64,000 bases of DNA, taken from the NCBI GenBank assembly GCA_038231435.1, contig JBBRLJ010000016.1, forward strand, positions 32,001 through 96,000. Direction: 5' to 3'. Positions 32,387 to 42,226 of this stretch are shown piece by piece (position 1 is the first letter of the stretch; the number at the start of each line of letters is the position of its first letter). The position numbers and the translations under genes were made by a program. This DNA comes from Planctomycetota bacterium (GTDB taxonomy: Bacteria > Planctomycetota > UBA11346). The notes beneath the pieces are model-generated. The model saw only the letters and a program-made list of their open reading frames with translations, was not told where the DNA came from and ran no database searches.

Positions 32387-33961
32387 TTAGACCGCGCGCA
32401 ACCTGGCAGGGTTCTCTTCCTCGTCGGCATCAACTTCGCCCTCGCCCTCGCCGCCTCCGCCGTTCTCACCCGCCGCCGGACCATCGACCACGCCGCGGCC
32501 GCGGCGCACGTGCAGGCCATACTCGATGAGCTTGCGGTCGAGCGTCACGCGGTTGATGCCGAGCGCCTTCGCCGCGCGCAGCTTGACGCCGCGCTCGCGG
32601 TTGAGTGCGTAGATGATGAGGATCCGCTCAGCCTCGCGGAACAGCTTGTTGATGTCCGGGCCGGCGGCGTCGGCGAAGCGGTCGACAGCGACCCGCAGCG
32701 CGGCCTCGGGCGGACCGTCTATGGGTAGGGCCTTGGGCAGTCCCTCGCTGTAGCTGCGGATGGTCGGCGGCACCAGCTCCTCGATGAACACCGTCCCGGG
32801 CGCCAGCACCACGGCCTTCTGCACGCAGTTCTCGAGCTCGCGCACGTTGCCGGGCCAGGGATACGCCGCGAGCATCTCGAGCACCTGGCGCGGCACTTCG
32901 TCGAGGCTCTTGAAGTTCAGGCGGTTGTGCTTCTGCAGGAAATGATTCACCAGCAGAGGGATGTCCTCGCGGCGGTCGCGCAGCGGTGTGACCTGCAGAT
33001 TGACCACATTCAGTCGGTAGAACAGATCCTCGCGGAATCGACCGGCCTTGACCTCGGCGCCGAGGTCGCGGTGCGTCGCGCCGATGATGCGCACGTCCAC
33101 CGGCACCGGTGCGTGGTCGCCGACGCGCGAGATGGTGCGCTCCTGCAGGACCCGCAGCAGGCGCACCTGCGCTTCGGCGCCAATCTCGCCGACCTCGTCG
33201 AGGAACAGCGTTCCGCCGTTGGCCAGCTCGAACAGGCCCTTGCGGTCGCTGTCTGCTCCGGTGTAGGCACCGCGCACATGGCCGAAGAGCTCGCTCTCGA
33301 GAAGTCCCGGGCTGAGCGCCCCGGCGTTGATCGAGACCATCGGCTTGTGCGCGCGAGGACTGTGCGCGTGGATGAGTTTGGCGATCAGCTCCTTGCCGGT
33401 GCCGGTCTCGCCTTGGATCAGCACCGTCGCCGTCGAAGCGGCGGCGCGCACCGCCGATTGGATCAGCGCGTTCATGGTGCCGCTGTTGGTGAGGATATCG
33501 TGGCTCTTGACCTCGAAGGCCAGTGCGCCGCGCAGCGCCTGGTTTTCTTCCGCCAGTTCGTTGGTCTCGAGCTGCACACGCAGGCGGTCGACGCACCAGC
33601 GCGACAACACGTCGATGAGGAAGGTCGCGGCATCCTCCGACCCGGTGTGACTGACCACCAGCGTGGCGATCGGCACGTTGCCGTCGCGCAGTTGGCGCGC
33701 GACCACCGGCAGCCCGTCGGTGGCGATGGGCGCGGTGGCCGGGGTCGCCACCGCGGCGATCTCATCCGCCTGCGCGGGCGGCTCGCCGACGATGAAGGTG
33801 CCCGACGGCGCCAGATGCCCGGAACGGCAATTCAGCCAGATGCCGCCGATGGTGTTCCAGCCCTGCACTTCGAGCCACAGCCGTTCGAGGACCAGGCGCG
33901 GCCCAACGGCCGGGTCGAGCATCTGCAAGACGGCGCCGACACGTGTGGGCCAGGTGCGCAT
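32387..33961 (-). CDS. Sigma54-dependent enhancer-binding protein (NifA/FhlA-like AAA+, Fis HTH)
   Basis: [61 protein letters not shown]. Confidence 0.93.
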   Translation of the reverse strand: MRTWPTRVGAVLQMLDPAVGPRLVLERLWLEVQGWNTIGGIWLNCRSGHLAPSGTFIVGEPPAQADEIAAVATPATAPIATDGLPVVARQLRDGNVPIATLVVSHTGSEDAATFLIDVLSRWCVDRLRVQLETNELAEENQALRGALAFEVKSHDILTNSGTMNALIQSAVRAAASTATVLIQGETGTGKELIAKLIHAHSPRAHKPMVSINAGALSPGLLESELFGHVRGAYTGADSDRKGLFELANGGTLFLDEVGEIGAEAQVRLLRVLQERTISRVGDHAPVPVDVRIIGATHRDLGAEVKAGRFREDLFYRLNVVNLQVTPLRDRREDIPLLVNHFLQKHNRLNFKSLDEVPRQVLEMLAAYPWPGNVRELENCVQKAVVLAPGTVFIEELVPPTIRSYSEGLPKALPIDGPPEAALRVAVDRFADAAGPDINKLFREAERILIIYALNRERGVKLRAAKALGINRVTLDRKLIEYGLHVRRGRGVVDGPAAGENGGGGEGEGEVDADEEENPARLRAV

Positions 33962-34113
33962 GTCGGATCATGATGCACATGGCGAGCCGAGCGGCCCTGG
34001 GCCGGCCCGGGCCGTAGATGACGCCAGATGCATCACGGTGCAGCAGCGCGGGCTCCTCAGCGGTCGTTTTTTGACCAGGTGCTGCGCGACCGGACAATGC
34101 CGCGAAACAAGTC

Positions 34114-34821
34114 TCAAACCCCGCGCAGATCGCCCACGCGCGCGATCTCGGGGCCGGTGAAGGCCTCGGCGAACGGCGCGCCGGCATGCAGTCCCCAGGC
34201 GCGCGCCTTGGCCTCGAGCGCGTCGACGAATCCCGGCACCGAGATGCTGGTGGTCGGACCAGCCACGCCTTCGCGGTGCAGTTGGCTGGCGTAACACAGC
34301 ACCGCGGCGCGCTTGCGGCCCCAGTCCTCGTCGGTGCACGGCACTAGCAGCTGCGCCCGTGCCGGCAGCTCCGCTTCGTAGAACCAGAGTCGCGCGCCGG
34401 CGATCGCGGGCGCGCCGCTCGCCGTGATCAGCTTGTGCAGCGCCGCGGCTTTCAACGCCGGCTCGACCAGGCGCGCGAGCGCGATGTGATCGGGATGGCG
34501 GGCATGGCCCGAGATGCACAGCACCACCTGCGGACGATGGCGCCGCAAGGCATCGATCACCAGCGCGCGCGCCGCGTGATCGTCGGCGGGAATGTGGCCA
34601 TCCGGCAGGCCGAGGTTCTCTCGCGCTGCCAGACCGAGGATCCGCGACGCCGCAGCCGATTCCTTCGCACGCTCCTCGATGGTGCCGCGGCTGCCGAGCT
34701 CGCCCCGCGTCGCGTCGACCACCACCACGCTGGCCCCTTGCCGCACATGCGCCGAGATGGTCGCACCACAACCCATCTCAGCATCGTCCGGATGCGGCGA
34801 AAAAACCAGGATGTCAGCCAT
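34114..34821 (-). CDS. bshB1: PIG-L-family deacetylase, BshB1-like
   Basis: PHPDDAE.GCG, TRGE.GSRGT...R..E...A..ILG...RENLGLPDG, RHPDH, AEAF. Confidence 0.75.
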   Translation of the reverse strand: MADILVFSPHPDDAEMGCGATISAHVRQGASVVVVDATRGELGSRGTIEERAKESAAASRILGLAARENLGLPDGHIPADDHAARALVIDALRRHRPQVVLCISGHARHPDHIALARLVEPALKAAALHKLITASGAPAIAGARLWFYEAELPARAQLLVPCTDEDWGRKRAAVLCYASQLHREGVAGPTTSISVPGFVDALEAKARAWGLHAGAPFAEAFTGPEIARVGDLRGV

Positions 34822-34942
34822 GCCGTGACTACACGGTGGGAACCGCTGGCCGCAACTCTCAGTTGGAAGACTCGCGCACCGCCTATCCAGAGCAGAGCAG
34901 CGCGAAGCGCCTGCTCCTATACCTCCCTACCCGTTTCTTCCT

Positions 34943-35038
34943 GGGGGGCAGCGCGGAGCGCGATGTTGGGGGAGATCGCCTCGCGATCTTCGGATGCCCT
35001 TCGGGGCATCCGCCGCCCGTAGGGAGTAGCCCCCCAAC
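34943..35038 (-). repeat. Family C multi-hairpin element, copy C2
   Basis: Same sequence and stems as 32263-32380, lacking one inserted hairpin. Confidence 0.85.
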
Positions 35039-35044
35039 AAAAAG

Positions 35045-35599
35045 TCAGTCGGTGACGGCGGCGAGTATCGGCTCGAGATACGGCCGCTTCAGCATCTCCT
35101 GGAGATCGGCTTCCATGAGCTGCTCGAGCGACCACTGCTTGTCCACGGGCGTGCGCATGCGGTAGATGCGGTCGGCGACGTTCCACATCAGGAAGAGCTT
35201 CTCGGGTTTCACCGCTTCGGGCGCGAGGCCGGCGAGTCGCTTCACGGCCGAGCGCAGCTCCTCGACGGTCTGCACGCCGCAGGTCGCGGCGAGGCGCCGG
35301 TTGTCCTCGAAGCGCAGCTCGTCCCAACTGATGCCGCGCGCGGTGGTGAACAGCGCCGCCCAGTAGAAGCATTGCGTCGCTTCCATGATGTACGGGTCGG
35401 CGTGGGTGCCGTCGAGCACACCGCAGAGCTCGTGCATCTCCTCGACCCAGCGCGACAGCAGCTTCGCGGTGTCGCGGGCCAGCAGCAATCCGACGGTGCC
35501 GGGCACCGCTTCGCCCTTCGCCGATAAGAAGCTCGCGATCTCTCCGGCGTTCGCTCCGAGCTGGGAGTAGATGCGGAAGATGCGTCGGGGGGTTGCCAT
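35045..35599 (-). CDS. Hypothetical protein, possibly HisE/MazG-like NTP pyrophosphohydrolase fold
   Basis: GTVGLLL..D..KLLSRWVEEMHEL...EATQCFYW echoes the HisE pattern SYTA.L......KKV.EEA.E...EAADL.YH. Confidence 0.55.
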   Translation of the reverse strand: MATPRRIFRIYSQLGANAGEIASFLSAKGEAVPGTVGLLLARDTAKLLSRWVEEMHELCGVLDGTHADPYIMEATQCFYWAALFTTARGISWDELRFEDNRRLAATCGVQTVEELRSAVKRLAGLAPEAVKPEKLFLMWNVADRIYRMRTPVDKQWSLEQLMEADLQEMLKRPYLEPILAAVTD

Positions 35600-35633
35600 G
35601 GGGGATGCGCATCCTCGCAGCCGGGCGGAGGAC

Positions 35634-36278
35634 TCAAGGCTGCGGCGGGGCTTCCCGGTGTTGGACGGAGGGCTTGCCCATCAGGACCGCATGGTCTTGC
35701 ACCTCAGGCGCCGGAGCGGTGACGATCGGGGAGGGCTCGGGCTCAGGAGCTACGGCGATCAAGCCCGTAACCACGGTCTGCGGAGTCGGACGTGCTTCGA
35801 CCTCGCCCTTCACGACGTTCGGTGGTTCGGGTTGGACGCACACGTCGCCCATCAGCTCCCGGGTGCCCGCGGTGCCGGGTGGGGCGGTGGCCGGAGTGGT
35901 CTCGACCGCCTGGGCGGATGTCGGCTGGGGCTGGGCAGTGGGCTGGGCGACCTTCGGCCCCTCACCTTGGCAGCCGGCGATGGTCATGGCGATGACCGCT
36001 GCCAAGCCGTTGGTGAGCAATCTGCGCGTAGCCGACGGCGCCAGCAGGCGCCCGGCACGGTCTGCGTGCGCTCGCACGCAGACATGCGCGCCGCTGGGTA
36101 GCGCGGTCCGCACCTGCTCGAGGTAGCGCACGGCCACGGGCGGCGCCATACGCGTCACGTCCACGACCGTCTTGTCGCACGAGGCGCAATGGCGCCCGCG
36201 CGAGGCGGGGGTCATTGCGTCCCAATCCTCATGGCAGGGGTCAGGAATATGCAGGCGGGTGTCGGGATGCGTGGGCAT
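35634..36278 (-). CDS. Cys4 (PCHEDW..M...RHCxxC...C) domain protein with internal lipoprotein-like signal, paralog 1
   Basis: IPDPCHEDWDAM...GRHCASCDKTVVD...VCVR, then TRRLLTNGLAAVIAMTIAGC, then a Pro/Ala-rich tail. Confidence 0.85.
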   Translation of the reverse strand: MPTHPDTRLHIPDPCHEDWDAMTPASRGRHCASCDKTVVDVTRMAPPVAVRYLEQVRTALPSGAHVCVRAHADRAGRLLAPSATRRLLTNGLAAVIAMTIAGCQGEGPKVAQPTAQPQPTSAQAVETTPATAPPGTAGTRELMGDVCVQPEPPNVVKGEVEARPTPQTVVTGLIAVAPEPEPSPIVTAPAPEVQDHAVLMGKPSVQHREAPPQP

Positions 36279-36411
36279 AGCGGCTCCGGAGTATACCCCT
36301 TGGACGGGGGGCACGGAGTCGGGTTCCATGGGCCGGTGAGGGCAAGGCCGGTGGGACAGCCGTCACGTTCTCAGCAGCCCGGCATCAGCCGTCACACCGT
36401 CAGCGCAGCGC

Positions 36412-36792
36412 TCAGGCCGAGCTGGCGACGCCGCTCTCGAGCTGCAGGTAGCGCATCAGCACGCCCTGGTCGGAATTGCAGTATTCCTCGAACAGGCGGC
36501 GCAGCACGGTGGCCTTGTAGGTATCCTCGGGGATGGCCGCCGAGAACATGTGCGCCTTGCCGGTCCCGCGCTGCTGGGCGAGCAGCCCGCGCCTGACCAG
36601 GTTGCGCATGACCGTGAGATAGGTGGTGTAGGCGAGCTTGGGCGCTCCGGCCTCGGCCTGCAGGCGTTCGCGCAGGTCGTGGACGGTGCCGGGGCCCTGG
36701 TGCCACATCGCATGCATGATGCGCAGCTGGAGCGGCCCGACGGGTGAGGCGGGGTCGACACCGGAGGGAGCACGGTCGGTGGCGTCGTTCAT
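36412..36792 (-). CDS. BlaI/MecI/CopY-family transcriptional repressor
   Basis: GPLQLRIM..MW..GP.TV.DL.E.L.....LAYTTYLTVMRNL..RG. Confidence 0.88.
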   Translation of the reverse strand: MNDATDRAPSGVDPASPVGPLQLRIMHAMWHQGPGTVHDLRERLQAEAGAPKLAYTTYLTVMRNLVRRGLLAQQRGTGKAHMFSAAIPEDTYKATVLRRLFEEYCNSDQGVLMRYLQLESGVASSA

Positions 36793-36884
36793 GGCATCTG
36801 CTTTCATCACCGAGGGGATCCGTCCGGTGGGTCCTGGGTCGAGGCCCACATGGCCTGGCACATGCCAGAACCTGCGATCCGTAT

Positions 36885-36901
36885 AACAAAACCCATGCCA
36901 A
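36885..36901 (-). promoter_or_regulatory. Candidate sigma54 (-24/-12) promoter for the blaI-like operon
   Basis: TTGGCATGGGTTTTGTT versus consensus TGGCACG-N4-TTGC(T/A); the -12 element is GT instead of GC. Confidence 0.5.
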
Positions 36902-36965
36902 TCGTAGAAGCATCCATTTGGGCGTTTGCAGCGCAGGACAGGGAGTATTTGAAATCCCGGCCAGA

Positions 36966-37001
36966 GACCTGACGCCTGCGTCATGTCGCCGGCGTCAGGT
37001 C
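36966..37001. promoter_or_regulatory. Tandem palindromes TGACG-N4-CGTCA / TGTCG-N4-CGTCA: candidate enhancer (UAS) or terminator hairpin
   Basis: Sites at 36970-36983 and 36984-36997, inside an 11-bp inverted repeat GACCTGACGCC/GGCGTCAGGTC, about 70-100 bp upstream of the -24 box. Confidence 0.4.
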
Positions 37002-37006
37002 GCGTG

Positions 37007-38383
37007 TCAGCCAGCAGCGTCGGTCTCGTCGCCTGCGTCACCGGATCCGCCGCGCAGCAGCCGGTAGAGATGACGCTCGCTGATGCCCAGGGCGCTGGCG
37101 GCCTTGCGGCGGTTGCCCTGATGCAGGGTGAGCACATGGCGGACGTGGAGCATGTCGGCCTGGTCGAGCGGGATGGGACCATAACCGGCGAACTGGGTCG
37201 GATCCTCGGGGGCTTCGCGGCTGAGGCGGAAGTCTTGGGGTTGGAGCACCGTGCTGCTGCGCCGGCGGGCGCGCAGGAAGGCGCGTTCGACCTCGTTGCG
37301 CAGCTCGCGGATGTTCCCCGACCACGGTTGCTGCTCGAGCAGCGCGACCGCGTCGGCAGCGAGCGAGAAGTGATCGTGCTTGGCGATGTCGGCCAGGAAT
37401 AGCCGGGCCAGGGGATGGATGTCCTCCGGCCGTTGCCGCAGGGGCGGCAGCCGCAGCTCGAACACCACCAGGCGGTGGTAGAGATCCTCGCGGAAGCGAC
37501 CCTCGCGCATCTCCACGGCGAGATCCTTGTGGCTCGCCGCGATCACGCGCACGTCATGGCGCACCTCGCGATGGCTACCCAGCGCGCGTACCGTTCCGGA
37601 TTCGAGGAAGCGCAGCAGCCGCAGCTGGGCGCCCGCGGGGATGTCGCCGATCTCGTCGAGGAACAGCGTGCCTTTCTCGGAAGCGGCGACGATGCCTGGG
37701 CGGGCGCGGTCCGCGCCGGTGAAGGCGCCTTTTTCATAGCCGAACAGCTCGGAATCCACGAGGTTCTCGGTGAGTGTTCCGCAGTTGATGGCGTTGAACG
37801 GGCCGTCACGGCGGTCGCTGGCGCGGTGGATGTAGCGCGCGAGCAGTTCCTTGCCGGTGCCGGTTTCGCCGTAGATGTAGACCGGCTTCTCGAGCTCGGC
37901 GACATCGCGCGCTTCGTCGATCACGGTGCGCAGGGCCGGGGATTCGGCGACGAAGCCGTCCATGGCCCAACGGCCCTGCTCGCGGCGCAGGCGTTCGAGC
38001 AGCAGCTCCTTCTCGCGCGCGTCGCGGGCCTTGCGCGCAGCGCGCTCGGCCAGCAGCAGCAGCTCGGGCATCTTGATCGGCTTCGACAGGTAATGGAATG
38101 CTCCGCGCGTCATCGCCATGACCGCGGTCTCGATGGTTGCGAAGCCGGTGGTGATGATGACCTCGACGTGGCTGTCGAGAGTCTTGAGTCGCTCCATCAC
38201 ATCGAGGCCGGTCTCGCGACCGAGCCGGAGATCGATCAGCGCCGCGTCGTAGTCGTGCTCGGCGGCGAGTGCCAGCCCTTCATCTCCGGTCGGCGCGAGA
38301 TCGACCACGTAGTCGGCGCTGCGCAGCATCTCCCCGACGACCGCCAACAGGGCAGAATCGTCCTCGATGACCAGGATGCGCAT
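37007..38383 (-). CDS. NtrC-family sigma54-dependent response regulator
   Basis: REC domain (IEDD, D, T, KP), [40 protein letters not shown]. Confidence 0.94.
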   Translation of the reverse strand: MRILVIEDDSALLAVVGEMLRSADYVVDLAPTGDEGLALAAEHDYDAALIDLRLGRETGLDVMERLKTLDSHVEVIITTGFATIETAVMAMTRGAFHYLSKPIKMPELLLLAERAARKARDAREKELLLERLRREQGRWAMDGFVAESPALRTVIDEARDVAELEKPVYIYGETGTGKELLARYIHRASDRRDGPFNAINCGTLTENLVDSELFGYEKGAFTGADRARPGIVAASEKGTLFLDEIGDIPAGAQLRLLRFLESGTVRALGSHREVRHDVRVIAASHKDLAVEMREGRFREDLYHRLVVFELRLPPLRQRPEDIHPLARLFLADIAKHDHFSLAADAVALLEQQPWSGNIRELRNEVERAFLRARRRSSTVLQPQDFRLSREAPEDPTQFAGYGPIPLDQADMLHVRHVLTLHQGNRRKAASALGISERHLYRLLRGGSGDAGDETDAAG

Positions 38384-38502
38384 GTCCGAACGAGGGGGGC
38401 CCATGGCTAGACCAGCATGAAACGCCGCCGGAAGCGGAATGCAACGCAACCCTTCGCTGCAGATTCATCTCCTAGTAGTTGCAGGGGCTTCCGTATATCC
38501 GC

Positions 38503-39060
38503 TCAACCATCCGCGCGGGGTGCAAGTGGATCCGGCGCGGGCGTCACCGCCTTCGACGGCGGGGCCAGCATGCCGGGCATCGACGTTATCCTGCCCTCCA
38601 CCACGTCGTCATCGCTGTGCGCATGCCCAGGCGTGGGCGTGCCGTCGCGCGGAAGTGGCTTTGCTCCGCCACCGCTCACGGACTCGACCGAGGCGTCATG
38701 TCCGGCCCCATCGCCCTCCGCTGCGCCATCCGAGGCCTTCGATCCGCCCGCGCAGCCAGAGATGCTCATGGCCAGCATCGCCGCCAGCGCATTGGTCAGC
38801 AAGCGCGCGCGTCCGCGCGCGATCGATGGCGAGGGCACCACGACCTTGCCCCGCGTATCCAGGCGCGCGTGCACGCACACCCGCTCGCCGCGGGCGAGCG
38901 CGGCGTCGGCGCCGGCGAGGAAGACTGACGCTTCGGCTCCGTTCATCGCGGCAACGTCCACGACCACCCGGTCGCAGGATGCGCAGTGGCGTCCATGCCG
39001 ATCCGGGGACATGGCGTTCCAGTCCTCGTGGCAGGGGCTGGGGATGCGCAGATCGATCAC
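38503..39060 (-). CDS. Cys4 (PCHEDW..M...RHCxxC...C) domain protein with internal lipoprotein-like signal, paralog 2
   Basis: GTG start after AAGGA; IPSPCHEDWNAM...GRHCASCDRVVVD...VCVH...RARLLTNALAAMLAMSISGC. Confidence 0.85.
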   Translation of the reverse strand: MIDLRIPSPCHEDWNAMSPDRHGRHCASCDRVVVDVAAMNGAEASVFLAGADAALARGERVCVHARLDTRGKVVVPSPSIARGRARLLTNALAAMLAMSISGCAGGSKASDGAAEGDGAGHDASVESVSGGGAKPLPRDGTPTPGHAHSDDDVVEGRITSMPGMLAPPSKAVTPAPDPLAPRADG

Positions 39061-39160
39061 GGTTGGTTCCTTCGCCGGAGGGGGAGGAGAGGGCACACCT
39101 GTTTGACGGCCGTTCCCTCCGCTGGTTCCCGGAACCGCGCAGGTTTTGCCTTGTCGCGGC

Positions 39161-39184
39161 ATCCATCGTTCTATGATGATGGAT
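39161..39184. promoter_or_regulatory. Palindrome ATCCATC-N10-GATGGAT upstream of ahcY (candidate operator)
   Basis: AT-rich perfect 7-bp inverted repeat 30 bp before the ahcY ATG, in a divergent intergenic region. Confidence 0.45.
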
Positions 39185-39214
39185 CGATATAGTAACCCAG
39201 CCGAGGATCTTCCC

Positions 39215-40690
<1,476 letters not shown>

Positions 40691-40845
40691 TTTCGGGGGC
40701 TTTGCCCCCGGGCCCCCACGGGCTTTGTCGGCCTTCGTTCCGTCCCTTCGGGCCGGAACGTTCGCGTGATGGCTTCGCCATTGTTCACGCGAAGCAGGCC
40801 TCGGCGCCCGGCGGCTGGGGCCGCGGGTGGACGGGCTTCGCCCGG
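40691..40845 (+). repeat. Family A element, copy A2
   Basis: Starts immediately after the ahcY TAG; complete set of hairpins. Confidence 0.9.
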
Positions 40846-40866
40846 TATCGTGGCCACGATGTGTAG

Positions 40867-40968
40867 TTTGGGGGGTTTCTTGATTTGGGGGCTTTGCCCC
40901 CGGGCCCCCACGGGCTTTGTCGGCCTTCGTTCCGTCCCTTCGGGCCGGAACGTTCGCGTGATGGCTTC
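40867..40968 (+). repeat. Family A element, copy A3 (3'-truncated tandem duplicate)
   Basis: 40887-40968 is identical to 40695-40776 (82 bp); preceded by its own TAG at 40864-40866. Confidence 0.9.
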
Positions 40969-41053
40969 CACGGACCCCGCAGGGCTCCTCGCTTCCGGCC
41001 TCACTATCCCCGCTCCCCCATCCAACCCTCTCCCAGCCTGCGTATTCTCCTCC

Positions 41054-41839
41054 ATGCCGTACTCCTCGCTGCTCCTGATCGTGCTTTCCGCCTGTCTCTC
41101 CGCCGCTGGGCTGGCGATGGGCGCCGAGCCGGGGGCGACCGTTCCGCCCGGCGTCGCCGTCGTCGAGCTTTTCACCAGCGAGGGCTGCTCGAGCTGCCCG
41201 GCCGCCGACGACGCGCTCGCCGTCGAAGCCGCGGCAGCGCGCCCGGGCGTGATCCTGCTCGCCTACCATATCGACTACTGGGACCGACTCGGCTGGAAGG
41301 ATCCGTACGCCTCGGCCGCTGCGTCGAGCCGGCAGTACGCCTACGCGAAAGGCTCCGGCGGCCGCGTTTACACGCCGCAGGCGATGGTGAACGGTCGCGT
41401 CGACGTCGTCGGCTCGGATACCAAGGCCCTGCAGGAAGCGATCGCGCGCGAGCTCATGCGCCCCTCGACCGCGCGGATCACCATCAATGCTGCGTGGGCG
41501 GGCAAGACCTGCACCGTGGCCTGCACAATCGCCGTGCCGGGAGGAAAGCCTGACGCCGCGACGGTGCCCGCGTCTGCGACGCTGACCGTGGCGCTGGTCG
41601 AGGACGCGCTCACCGATGTGGTTACGCGCGGCGAGAACGCCGGCCGCACCCTCGCGCACCAGCGCGTGGTGCGCGAGGCGCGCAGCGTGCCGACCGCCGG
41701 GGCCATAGCGCCGATAGTGTTCACTCTGCCCGACGCCTCGATTCCCCAACGCATGCGGGTGGTGGCATACGTGCAGGATGCCAAGCGGGGGGTGGTCGGG
41801 GCGGCGGAGAGCGAGTGGACCGACGACCACAAGAAGTGA
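41054..41839 (+). CDS. DUF1223 thioredoxin-like secreted protein
   Basis: Signal peptide; VVELFTSEGCSSCP.AD, HIDYWD.LGW.DP, YTPQ..VNG, RGEN.GR.L.H. Confidence 0.92.
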   Translation: MPYSSLLLIVLSACLSAAGLAMGAEPGATVPPGVAVVELFTSEGCSSCPAADDALAVEAAAARPGVILLAYHIDYWDRLGWKDPYASAAASSRQYAYAKGSGGRVYTPQAMVNGRVDVVGSDTKALQEAIARELMRPSTARITINAAWAGKTCTVACTIAVPGGKPDAATVPASATLTVALVEDALTDVVTRGENAGRTLAHQRVVREARSVPTAGAIAPIVFTLPDASIPQRMRVVAYVQDAKRGVVGAAESEWTDDHKK

Positions 41840-41898
41840 TCATCCCGCACGCCTGAGCGGCGGATCATCGCCATCGCCGCCAGGCGTCGACCGATGGA

Positions 41899-42081
41899 TC
41901 AGCGACCATCCTGGCTGGGATATTTGGCGGTCTGACCGCCCTTGGGCCCTGACTGTTCGCGGGGCTCGCCGAAACCGGGCGAATGGCCGGCGTGCGCGGT
42001 CCTGAAGACCAGGGCGAGGACCGCCAGCGTTCCGATGATGGCGCAGAGCATGACGGCCATGGGTCGGGCTCCTTGGGACAT
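41899..42081 (-). CDS. Possible small membrane/secreted peptide
   Basis: GGAAG before ATG; one hydrophobic stretch; weak support. Confidence 0.3.
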   Translation of the reverse strand: MSQGARPMAVMLCAIIGTLAVLALVFRTAHAGHSPGFGEPREQSGPKGGQTAKYPSQDGR

Positions 42082-42226
42082 TCTTCCAGTATATCCGGCC
42101 CCGCGGCTCGTTCGCGGGCGAATCGCCCGTCCTTTCACCGGGCCCGGCACCATCGCTGCAGGGGTTTTCACCGCGTTCAGCGCCGATTGCATGGCGTGGC
42201 GTCCCCGGAGACTGCCCGGCGACGCC

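Noticed and set aside
34883..34915. SAM-I riboswitch-like ATCCAGAG start
   Set aside because: No GAGGGA/GGCCC, GCAACC or GGTGC elements follow
39061..39214. SAH riboswitch upstream of ahcY
   Set aside because: No GAGGAGCG...CAGGCTC core; only a palindrome is present
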